Position numbers and translations under genes: made by a program
From: Elusimicrobia bacterium GWA2_51_34
GTDB taxonomy: Bacteria; Elusimicrobiota; Elusimicrobia; Elusimicrobiales; UBA9959
Reading direction: 5' to 3'
DNA: 64,000 nucleotides
Assembly: GCA_001799565.1 (NCBI GenBank)
Contig: MGTS01000018.1
Coordinates: 23,344 to 87,343 of the forward strand
Notes under the pieces: generated by a model
The model's input: only the letters and a program-made list of their open reading frames with translations
Databases searched by the model: none
Told to the model about the DNA's origin: nothing
Shown: piece after piece, positions 36,232 through 42,715 of the stretch
Numbering within the stretch: the first letter of the stretch is position 1
How the letters are laid out: the number at the start of each line of letters is the position of its first letter

Positions 36232-36410
36232 CTTGATAGCGACGGAAAGCAACATAAGGCAACTGAATGCGACAGAAAGTAAGAAGACCGTATAAAATAG
36301 TTTTCCTTCTTACCTTCCGTAGCTTTCCGTAGCTTTCCGTAGCTTTCCGTAGCTTTCCGTAGCTTTCCGTAGCTTTCCGTAGCTTTCCGTAGCTTTCAGT
36401 TGCTATCATG
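36232..36410. repeat. Dispersed hairpin repeat (GCAACTGAA / CTTTCCGTAGC family) containing a 10-nt tandem array
   Basis: gatagcgacggaaagcaacataaggcaactgaatgcgacagaaagtaagaag...cttaccttccgtagc(tttccgtagc)n...tttcagttgctatc. Confidence 0.8.
36313..36400. repeat. Tandem repeat, 10-nt unit AGCTTTCCGT, 7 perfect copies plus degenerate flanking copies
   Basis: Read directly: agctttccgt repeated from 36321 to 36390, with related partial units on both sides. Confidence 0.95.
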
Positions 36411-36431
36411 AACTGACAGCTTAAACAACAT

Positions 36432-36845
36432 ATGCGAATACATAGCCATAAAAGAGCCGTAATGGCGGACATCAACATGATCCCGCTTATAGATGTTTCC
36501 CTTATTCTGCTGATTATTTTCATGGTAATCACGCCCTTCCTGGTACAGTCGCAAATACAGGTAAATCTACCGAAGGCTTCCTCCGCGATAAAGGGCGGCG
36601 ACGACAATACGCTTAAAGTTCAGCTGACGGCCGATGGCGCTGTGACAGTTGAAGGTAAGCAGATAAAATTCCAGCGCCTGGAAAAAGAGCTTATTTTGCG
36701 CCTTTCTAAATCCTACAAGAAGACCGTGCTGGTGGAGGCGGACAAAACCGTGTCGGTGGAAAAAGTCGTATTCGTGCTGGACACCGCTAAAAAACTGGGC
36801 GCCGGCAAAATAGGAATAGCCGTAAAGCCAGATGACGGAAAGTAA
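36432..36845 (+). CDS. ExbD/TolR family protein
   Basis: 137 aa. INMIPLIDVSLILLIIFMV TM segment plus a periplasmic domain. Confidence 0.88.
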   Translation: MRIHSHKRAVMADINMIPLIDVSLILLIIFMVITPFLVQSQIQVNLPKASSAIKGGDDNTLKVQLTADGAVTVEGKQIKFQRLEKELILRLSKSYKKTVLVEADKTVSVEKVVFVLDTAKKLGAGKIGIAVKPDDGK

Positions 36846-36871
36846 CGCGGATAAAACGCCATAGGCGCAAT

Positions 36872-37024
36872 GACTGCCATAGGCCGTAAGCCGTATGCCA
36901 TAAGCTTTTAAGGAGTTCCCTTAAAAAACATATGGCCTACAAAACATATGGCGGGCGCTGCGCCCATATGGCAATAGCCTTATCTAAGAACTTACGGCTT
37001 ATGGCGCGGCTGGAACAGCCGCAT
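36872..37024. repeat. ~150-nt dispersed element, copy A (CCATAGGC/CGTAAGCC words plus a CATATGG-rich palindrome)
   Basis: 36929-37024 is the reverse complement of 45170-45265 with 2 mismatches in 96 nt (manual alignment). A further 39-nt block (36872-36910) matches 45268-45306 inverted. Confidence 0.9.
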
Positions 37025-37028
37025 AGTT

Positions 37029-37670
37029 ATGCGTCACTACCTGCTTTATTCATCATACTCGCACTTCGTGCTGCTGGCCGGCATACTTTTTTTTACCCGC
37101 AATTCATTTTCACTTAAAAAAACCGAACCCTACTACATTGATTTCATCGGAGGTTCGCAGGTGGTAACCATGGAAAAAACCGCTTTAAAAGAAGGCGCGG
37201 ACATTAAAACCGCGCAAAAAATCTCCGTTCAGGCGCGGGGAAAAAACGAACCGGGGGACACCGAGGATTTTGCAACCTCGTCTGGCCTGCCGAAACCCAG
37301 TGTTTTAAACAGCGGAGCCAGGCTTTTTGAAGAAGCCAGAAAGCCGGAGCAGGAGGGGGAAAACGGTTCCCCGCTGATTACCGACACCGCCAATTTTCCT
37401 TACCCCTGGTATATAACGCAGGTGCGCGAAGCTCTTTGGAACGCATGGACAGCAAGAATGCCGTCCGGCGGCGCCCTTAAATGCACCGTGAAATTTGACA
37501 TAACGCGCGACGGCGCGGCAAAAAACGTTACGGTAGAAACGTCATCGGGCAACCGCCTTTTTGACTACGCCGCGCAAAGCTCTTTGGAAAGCGCGGCCCC
37601 GTTCCCCGCTCTGCCGGAGGATTTTTACGAGGACCGCCTTACCGTGCATGTGGAATTCAAGGCCCGCTGA
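37029..37670 (+). CDS. TonB C-terminal domain protein (TonB/TolA-like energy transducer)
   Basis: 213 aa with an N-terminal TM segment and a C-terminal TonB_C-like sequence (YPWYITQVREALWNAW...FDITRDGAAKNVTVETSSGNRLFDYAA). The start is uncertain because it abuts a repeat. Confidence 0.7.
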   Translation: MRHYLLYSSYSHFVLLAGILFFTRNSFSLKKTEPYYIDFIGGSQVVTMEKTALKEGADIKTAQKISVQARGKNEPGDTEDFATSSGLPKPSVLNSGARLFEEARKPEQEGENGSPLITDTANFPYPWYITQVREALWNAWTARMPSGGALKCTVKFDITRDGAAKNVTVETSSGNRLFDYAAQSSLESAAPFPALPEDFYEDRLTVHVEFKAR

Positions 37671-38080
37671 TGATCACAAAAATATTTTTCGTCCTGCTCA
37701 TTCATCTCATTGTTTTAGTGGCTTACCCGCACACGGGGCCCATGGGCACTCCTTATTTATGGATTTCAGCTTTGGTTTGGTGCGGTGTTCTGTTTTTTCT
37801 CAGCGTGAATATAATTTCAGCCGTTTTCCTGGGCAAATTTTTCGGAGAACTGATAACAATCGCTTTTTTCACAGCGCTTATTGCGACCCTTGTCTCAACC
37901 ATGCCGCAAAAAGATAAGGTCTCGGTGCTGGGTAAGCTGGGAAAGGGAATTTATCCCACACAGGATTCTGTTTATTATGGCCTGCTGCGCGTGGGAATAC
38001 CATGCGACTCCCTGCGAAAACAAAGCCTGGACGATATTAATACGGGCGTTAAAAAAGCCATTAAAGAAATGAAAAGATGA
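37670..38080 (+). CDS. Hypothetical membrane protein
   Basis: 136 aa with 3-4 hydrophobic segments, start/stop-coupled to its neighbours. Confidence 0.5.
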   Translation: MITKIFFVLLIHLIVLVAYPHTGPMGTPYLWISALVWCGVLFFLSVNIISAVFLGKFFGELITIAFFTALIATLVSTMPQKDKVSVLGKLGKGIYPTQDSVYYGLLRVGIPCDSLRKQSLDDINTGVKKAIKEMKR

Positions 38081-39030
38081 AAATACTGGCGATAACCGGG
38101 GGAACAGGGTTTGTGGGCGGTTCGCTGGCAAAAGCCGCTCTCGCGAGCGGTTACACCCCGCGTATCCTTACCCGGCGCGCTCAGCGGCAAGGGCTTCTTG
38201 AGGGAGCGCAATACCGCATAGTTGATTTCAGTGACACTAAAACTCTGGAGACTGCGCTTGAAGGCGCGCACTGCGCGGTTCACCTTGCGGCGGCGCTGTT
38301 TGGCCGCTCAAAAGAAGAATTTGAGCGGGCCAACACTTTGGGCACGGCTAATCTGGTTTCGGCCTGCGCAAAAACGCCGGCGCTGAAAAAGTTTGTTTAT
38401 ATCTCAAGCCTGGCCGCCGGCGGGCCCTCAAAAGACCCCGCGCGGTCCCGCACGGAGTCCGACGGAGAAGCTCCCGTTTCCTTTTACGGCAAAAGCAAAC
38501 TGGGGGGGGAAATTGCCGTTAAAAAACTGCGAAATATCCACTGCGTCACACTGCGCCCGCCCATAGTTTACGGCAGGAACGACTCGGGCGTTTCGCAGAT
38601 AGCCGCCTGGGTAAAAAAAGGGCTGATGATAAACGCCGGTTCAGGGGAAGCTTTATTCAGCTTTATTCACATTGATGATCTGGTAAACGCGATTTTAAAG
38701 GCTCTTGAAACTGAAACATTAAATGGAAAAACTTATTATGTCTGCGAGAACAAAACTTATCCCTGGAAAGAATTTATAGCCCTGCTTGCCAAAGCCATGG
38801 GAGTTAAAATGCCTTTAATGCTTACCCTGCCGCCGAAAGCCATCTATGGCGCCGGCTGGCTTTACGAGGTTATTTCAAAATTAACCGGCGGAGAACCGGT
38901 TTTAAACCGCGACAAAGCGCGCGAAAGTGCGGCGCCCAATTGGACCGCCTCAAGCGCCGCCTGGGAAAAAGACGCAGCCTGGCTGGGCTGGACCTCCCTT
39001 GAAGAAGGAATAAAAAAGACATTCAGTTAA
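38077..39030 (+). CDS. NAD-dependent epimerase/dehydratase family (extended SDR) protein
   Basis: Rossmann motif ITGGTGFVGGSL and catalytic YGKSK. Confidence 0.85.
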   Translation: MKILAITGGTGFVGGSLAKAALASGYTPRILTRRAQRQGLLEGAQYRIVDFSDTKTLETALEGAHCAVHLAAALFGRSKEEFERANTLGTANLVSACAKTPALKKFVYISSLAAGGPSKDPARSRTESDGEAPVSFYGKSKLGGEIAVKKLRNIHCVTLRPPIVYGRNDSGVSQIAAWVKKGLMINAGSGEALFSFIHIDDLVNAILKALETETLNGKTYYVCENKTYPWKEFIALLAKAMGVKMPLMLTLPPKAIYGAGWLYEVISKLTGGEPVLNRDKARESAAPNWTASSAAWEKDAAWLGWTSLEEGIKKTFS

Positions 39031-39044
39031 AGGGGGCTGTTTTA

Positions 39045-39578
39045 ATGGCTGCTACAATTTCACCCCAGGCGCTCGCCCGGATGCGCGCAACCGGCGTACG
39101 TTTTGATCTGATAGACGTCCGCACGCCGGCCGAATTTGACGAGGTGCATATAGAATTCGCGAAGAACATTCCGCTTGACCGCCTTGATCCCCCGGCGCTG
39201 CTTGCCGCTCACCCTTCTGGTTCCGGGCTGCTGTACGTTATCTGCCAGTCTGGTACGCGCGCGGGCCTGGCATGCAGGCAGCTGGCGGAAACCGGACTTG
39301 AAACAATAAACATTGAAGGAGGCACGGCCGCGTGGTTGTCGGCCGGGCTGCCTGTTATACGCGGGCGCAGGAAGGTAATATCGCTTGAACGGCAGGTGCG
39401 AATTACCGCGGGCAGCCTTGTGGCGGTTGGAGCGGCGCTCGGTTATTTTGCGAACCCCGCGTGGATCGCACTGGCCGGATTCATAGGAGCGGGCCTGGTG
39501 TTCGCGGGCATAACCGACACCTGCGCAATGGCGATGATACTCTCTAAAATGCCGTGGAATCAGCGGCATCAGGGTTAA
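39045..39578 (+). CDS. Rhodanese domain protein with C-terminal membrane (DUF2892/YgaP-like) segment
   Basis: Rhodanese active-site loop CQSGTRA, followed by a hydrophobic C-terminal domain. Confidence 0.8.
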   Translation: MAATISPQALARMRATGVRFDLIDVRTPAEFDEVHIEFAKNIPLDRLDPPALLAAHPSGSGLLYVICQSGTRAGLACRQLAETGLETINIEGGTAAWLSAGLPVIRGRRKVISLERQVRITAGSLVAVGAALGYFANPAWIALAGFIGAGLVFAGITDTCAMAMILSKMPWNQRHQG

Positions 39579-39583
39579 GGTGG

Positions 39584-39657
39584 GTTAAGGTGACACACAA
39601 CTTAATTCCTTTGTTCTAAGCTTAGAGACTGGACGCTGGCTAGCCAGCCGATCAGTG
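39584..39657. repeat. 74-nt direct repeat R1 (copy of the left part of the 41689-41853 unit)
   Basis: Identical to 41689-41762 except for one base (manual alignment). It starts 6 nt after the rhodanese gene stop and is preceded by the tandem gggttaaggt gggttaaggt. Confidence 0.92.
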
Positions 39658-40020
39658 CGCAGGCTCCGGCACGGTGCCCCGCGCCGTCGTTCTGCTCCCA
39701 AGGTATGGGGAAGCTTATTTTTTATCATAAGCATCACCCCCTTTCCGGCCGCCAGTGGCGGCCGGGTTTCGGCTTCGCCGTACACCGCAGAAAATAATTT
39801 CCCGCGCGCACTGCAAAGAGTTGATGCCGGTGGCCCCGGTTAATAAAACACCACCCCGGCGTCCGCTGCTGCGGCCGCCCGGGTGGTATTTCCTGTTAAT
39901 GAAGCGTCGCCACCGGCGGGGAGCAGAAACTGCAAAGAGAGTATGGAAAGGCCAGGCCGGTCGCGGCTTGCCGCGTGATGGCCGCCGCCCCCGGCCTGGC
40001 CCGGCTAATCTTAATCTCAC
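39658..40020. other. GC-rich, hairpin-dense ORF-free tract (candidate structured RNA or degenerate repeat cluster)
   Basis: Strong local stems: ccggccgcc-agt-ggcggccgg, and ggccaggccgg...ccggcctggcc enclosing cgcgg-cttg-ccgcg. The motif actgcaaagag occurs twice. The only ORFs are R/P/G-rich and look spurious. Confidence 0.4.
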
Positions 40021-40158
40021 TCTGTCATACTTAAGTCAAGGCAGTTTGCCTAGGTCTTTTTGTTTGGTATAGTTGATTGCTGCACCTGGGTCCGGGAAAA
40101 AAGGCATGGCAAGTGAATAGACGATTTCAGAATGTTTGGTTTTGAATAACGCATCTGT

Positions 40159-41559
40159 ATGATAAGTCCAAGTATCAATATTAAAAAGAACAGTGTCCCC
40201 AAAGTTCTTACGGTTCTTGTTCTGACCATCGCGCTTGGGGGTATCTGGCAAGTATTTTTCGCTAATCCTCTGGGGAAGAGGCTTGTTGCAGTCACTTCAA
40301 TTGTCCGAGAAGCAGCGCTTAAAGAGCTGAATTCATCCTCGCCGCCAGTTAAGAAAAGAATAGCTGAGGCCCTGATAAACACTTTAAAACACCCGCCATT
40401 AAGGATATTTACCTTCGATTTTGACGACGACTACGGTAGAAGTCTTCATTATTGGGTAGAAGACGCTTTCGCAAAAGTTGGAAAGCCGGGTGTACCGATT
40501 CTGATAAAAGCTTTGAGAGAAGAAGATAACTACATCCGCTCCAGCGTCGTTATTGGTTTGGCTCAAATAGGCCCTGAAGCGCGAGTAGCGATTCCGGATC
40601 TATTCTGCATTTACAAAAACCCGGGCAAAGGGGAATACACATACGAAGCCCTCCAGGGCGCACTAACAGCTCTTACCAAGATAGCTCCAGGAGACCCTGC
40701 GGTTGATGCCTTTTTACTCGAAGCACTTAAAGATAATGACTTTGGTACTTGGCGCACGGTATCTGGGTACGCGGTAGAATCCAGTACTATGATTATCGGG
40801 GGTATGTTTCAGGTAATGCTCAAGTCAATCATCAGTGGTTCAATCAATCGGGAAAGGTCCTCCGCGTGCTTCGGGGTAAATTCAAAAGCTGCTCTCCCTC
40901 ATCTCATTACGGCTCTTCGGCACAAAAATATTCAGGTGCGGATGTGGGCATGTAATGCACTCGGAAATATGGAATCGGCGGCAATAGGGGCTGTGCCCGA
41001 GCTTGCAAAGCGGATTTGGGACAGCGATCCTAGTGTGCGCATTAGTGCGGTGAACGCTTTGTCCAGGTTAAAGACAAACGCTGCAACTGCTATTCCTGAG
41101 ATTACTCGCGCTTTAGTCCGCAGCGAAGATCGAAGCGTTCGGAGCATGTCAGCGTTTGTATTAGGTGGAATTGGGCCAGCAGCTAAATCCTCAGTTCCCA
41201 TGCTGCTGACAGCTCTCAACGACCGAGATAGCCGTGTGCGATGCTCGGTCGCTTATGCTTTGGTTGAGTTCGGGATAGAACCGGAGCATGTTTTGCCTAC
41301 GCTCATTCAGTGTATTCTTAAAGAAAGCACAGAATATAACATTGCAACATCCGCTATTGCCAAAATCGGACCAAAGGCTGCCCCTGCAATTCCTTATCTA
41401 ATTCGCAATCTTAAGAAAGAGTCTCCGGAGTACAAGCGTCACGGGGCAATCAGTGCACTTGCCGGAATAGGACCGGCCGCCACAGCGGCATTGAGGCAGA
41501 TAGGGACCCATGACGCGATACAAACTGCAAACGCCCTAGAGGATAAGGTGCCCAAGTAG
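40159..41559 (+). CDS. HEAT-repeat protein with N-terminal membrane anchor
   Basis: 466 aa with repeated PBS-lyase/HEAT-like units (D..VR..A..ALG.IG..A..A.P.L...L). Composition is visibly more AT-rich than the flanking genes. Confidence 0.75.
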   Translation: MISPSINIKKNSVPKVLTVLVLTIALGGIWQVFFANPLGKRLVAVTSIVREAALKELNSSSPPVKKRIAEALINTLKHPPLRIFTFDFDDDYGRSLHYWVEDAFAKVGKPGVPILIKALREEDNYIRSSVVIGLAQIGPEARVAIPDLFCIYKNPGKGEYTYEALQGALTALTKIAPGDPAVDAFLLEALKDNDFGTWRTVSGYAVESSTMIIGGMFQVMLKSIISGSINRERSSACFGVNSKAALPHLITALRHKNIQVRMWACNALGNMESAAIGAVPELAKRIWDSDPSVRISAVNALSRLKTNAATAIPEITRALVRSEDRSVRSMSAFVLGGIGPAAKSSVPMLLTALNDRDSRVRCSVAYALVEFGIEPEHVLPTLIQCILKESTEYNIATSAIAKIGPKAAPAIPYLIRNLKKESPEYKRHGAISALAGIGPAATAALRQIGTHDAIQTANALEDKVPK

Positions 41560-41688
41560 CTCAATTGCGCACAGTTGACCGTGCAAAGGATGGGCGGAAT
41601 AACAGCTAATCACAAGGGACCACATGAACCAGCCTTTTCTTCCTAGCGGCTTGCCGTTACAATCTGTGTCGGATAAGGGACGTTGTTG

Positions 41689-41853
41689 TTAAGGTGACAC
41701 ACAACTTAATTCCTTTGTTCTACGCTTAGAGACTGGACGCTGGCTAGCCAGCCGATCAGTGCCCCGGCAAGGAACTGTCGGCTTGTTGCATACTTCTTTG
41801 AATTTTAAGAGGAACTGCTTAGCATGGCGGGAATTAAGTTCTGTGTCACTTAA
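41689..41853. mobile_element. MITE-like unit / candidate sRNA with 20-nt inverted termini
   Basis: gtgacacacaacttaattcc (41694-41713) against ggaattaagttctgtgtcac (30-49 of line 41821, i.e. 41830-41849), with one mismatch. Internal hairpin actg-gac-gctggc-ta-gccagc-cgat-cagt. A terminator follows. Confidence 0.5.
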
Positions 41854-41862
41854 TCTGAAAGC

Positions 41863-41890
41863 AAAAAACCCGCAAAAGCGGGTTTTTTTC
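41863..41890. terminator. Bidirectional intrinsic-terminator-like hairpin
   Basis: aaaaaa-cccgc-aaaa-gcggg-ttttttt, with A/T runs on both sides. Confidence 0.75.
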
Positions 41891-41897
41891 AAAGCTT

Positions 41898-42045
41898 CGG
41901 AGAGGAAGGGATTCGGGCACAGCTCTTCGGTTCGCCGTCGCTCACCTCAGGCCGCGACCCCGGCTCGCGGTTTCACCTGTTGGTTCAACAACGCTCCGCC
42001 TTTCGAATCCCTACGCGAAGCAAGCAGTTGCTTCGCTTCCTCTCC
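41898..42045 (-). ncRNA. tRNA-Ser-framed structured RNA-like element (148 nt). Acceptor and T-stem arms copy the adjacent tRNA-Ser and enclose a conserved core.
   Basis: The 3' 18 nt are identical to the tRNA-Ser 3' end (C56 to G73). The 5' GGAGAGG equals the tRNA-Ser acceptor 5' strand. Hairpin gcgaagc-aactgctt-gcttcgc. The ~90-nt core aligns without gaps to 63166-63313. Confidence 0.6.
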
Positions 42046-42059
42046 TCAGCTTTAAAAGC

Positions 42060-42085
42060 AAAAACCCCGTTTTCACGGGGTTTTT
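42060..42085 (-). terminator. Intrinsic-terminator-like hairpin downstream of tRNA-Ser (bidirectional shape)
   Basis: aaaaa-ccccg-ttttca-cgggg-ttttt. Read on the minus strand it is followed by tttttgctttt. Confidence 0.7.
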
Positions 42086-42094
42086 AAAAAGCTT

Positions 42095-42184
42095 CGGAGA
42101 GGAAGGGATTCGAACCCTTGATACGAGTTTACCTCGTATGCCGGTTTAGCAAACCGGTGCCTTCAACCACTCGGCCACCTCTCC
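42095..42184 (-). tRNA. tRNA-Ser (anticodon GCU), class II with long variable arm
   Basis: Manual cloverleaf: GGAGAGG acceptor, D-arm GCC/GGC, anticodon loop UUGCUAA, variable arm CAUACGAGGUAAACUCGUAUC, T-arm AAGGG-UUCGAAU-CCCUU, discriminator G. CCA is not encoded. Confidence 0.93.
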
Positions 42185-42211
42185 ACTTTAAATCGTTATC
42201 CAATTTGAAGA

Positions 42212-42314
42212 CGAACCCTTGATACGGGTTTAGCAAACCGGTGCCTTTCCGCCACTACGACTTTGGCGGACCCGCCACCGCTGTAATGGCGGGCAACCAC
42301 TCGGCCACCTCTCC
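42212..42314 (-). pseudogene. Truncated tRNA-Ser(GCU) copy with a 47-nt twin-hairpin insertion in the D-loop. It lacks most of the variable arm and the 3' T-stem/acceptor strand.
   Basis: Matches tRNA-Ser from G1 through the D-arm, anticodon arm (same GCU loop) and AAGGGUUCG. The insertion at 42248-42294 folds as tccgcca-N9-tggcgga and cccgcca-N9-tggcggg. Confidence 0.75.
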
Positions 42315-42560
42315 CTTGGTCGCACCCTTCGTGCTACGCACTCCGGGCGATTAACGCCGGGCCTCAATAGGAAACCGGCCCGGTGCTCTACGAGGGGAGC
42401 TATGCTCCCCTTCGTCGTTCGCTCCGCCGCCTTTGGCGGCCCGCTCACTGTGACTCTGGCCTGTCGCGGGCCTCTGGCGCTGTCCGCGACTGAACCCTTT
42501 CTATATGGTACCCGCGCTCACTAACGAAGGTAATCGCGCGGGCTTATCTCTCACAGCCAC
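42315..42560. other. GC-rich tract made of serial 7-bp-stem hairpins (candidate structured RNA / repeat cluster)
   Basis: Read on the minus strand: cccgcgc...gcgcggg, gtcgcgg...ccgcgac, gccgcc-aaa-ggcggc, ggggagc-ata-gctcccc (extended), ccgggcc...ggcccgg. It includes the REP-like copy at 42460-42493. Confidence 0.4.
42460..42493. repeat. REP-like hairpin
   Basis: cctgtcgcgggcctctggcgctgtccgcgactga, with stem gtcgcgg/ccgcgac. Confidence 0.7.
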
Positions 42561-42715
42561 TTTAGGCGGAACTTGCCGGATACTTCTATAAGAGTATATC
42601 AAAAAATAAAAAAGGCTGCCTGAACTTGAAAGGAAATAAGCGATTGAGCCGGAGGCCGCCAAAGTAATAGAATTTATGCGGAACCGGCTGCGGCCGGTAT
42701 TGCGGCGCTCATGTA

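Noticed and set aside
36313-36400. Possible CRISPR array.
   Set aside because: The units are contiguous 10-nt tandem repeats with no spacers, so this is not CRISPR architecture. No cas genes are in the window.
36209-36607. 132-aa minus-strand ORF containing ATESYGKLRK x3.
   Set aside because: The periodic peptide is a translation of the 10-nt tandem repeat read through three frames. The ORF also overlaps the exbD-like gene start.
36932-37117. ORFs starting MAYK(T/A)YGGR..., here and at 44999-45262.
   Set aside because: They are the two inverted copies of the ~150-nt dispersed element read in the same relative frame. There is no RBS, and the frames run out of the repeat into unrelated sequence.
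39585-39785. Small minus-strand ORFs here and at 41689-41892 sharing the C-terminus TDRLASQRPVSK.RTKELSCVSP.
   Set aside because: The shared peptide is only the translation of the 74-nt direct repeat. The N-terminal parts are unrelated and no translation signals are visible.
39658-40020. RNase P-like GGAAAGGCC...CCCGGCUAAUC and a cobalamin-riboswitch-like GCCACUG.
   Set aside because: The two RNase P-like strings are the arms of a single 50-nt local hairpin, not a long-range P4. The other conserved regions are absent. GCCACUG occurs only inside a perfect 9-bp hairpin, without the rest of the B12 element.
41812-41820. AACTGCTT, the conserved loop of the framed elements, also present on the plus strand of the MITE-like unit.
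   Set aside because: An 8-mer is expected to occur by chance once or twice in a 64-kb window on two strands. Here it is not placed in a comparable hairpin loop.
41898-42045. Hammerhead ribozyme in the conserved core (UGUUGA - 3-bp hairpin - GAAAC - hairpin).
   Set aside because: The layout resembles CUGAUGA - stem II - GAAA - stem III. However, the invariant C3 and A6 are not matched in any copy, and no NUH cleavage triplet follows the putative stem III.
39584-42600. Calling the HEAT-gene region a prophage or an autonomous integrative element.
   Set aside because: No integrase, transposase, reverse transcriptase or phage gene is present in or near the segment. Only the repeat architecture and composition suggest mobility.
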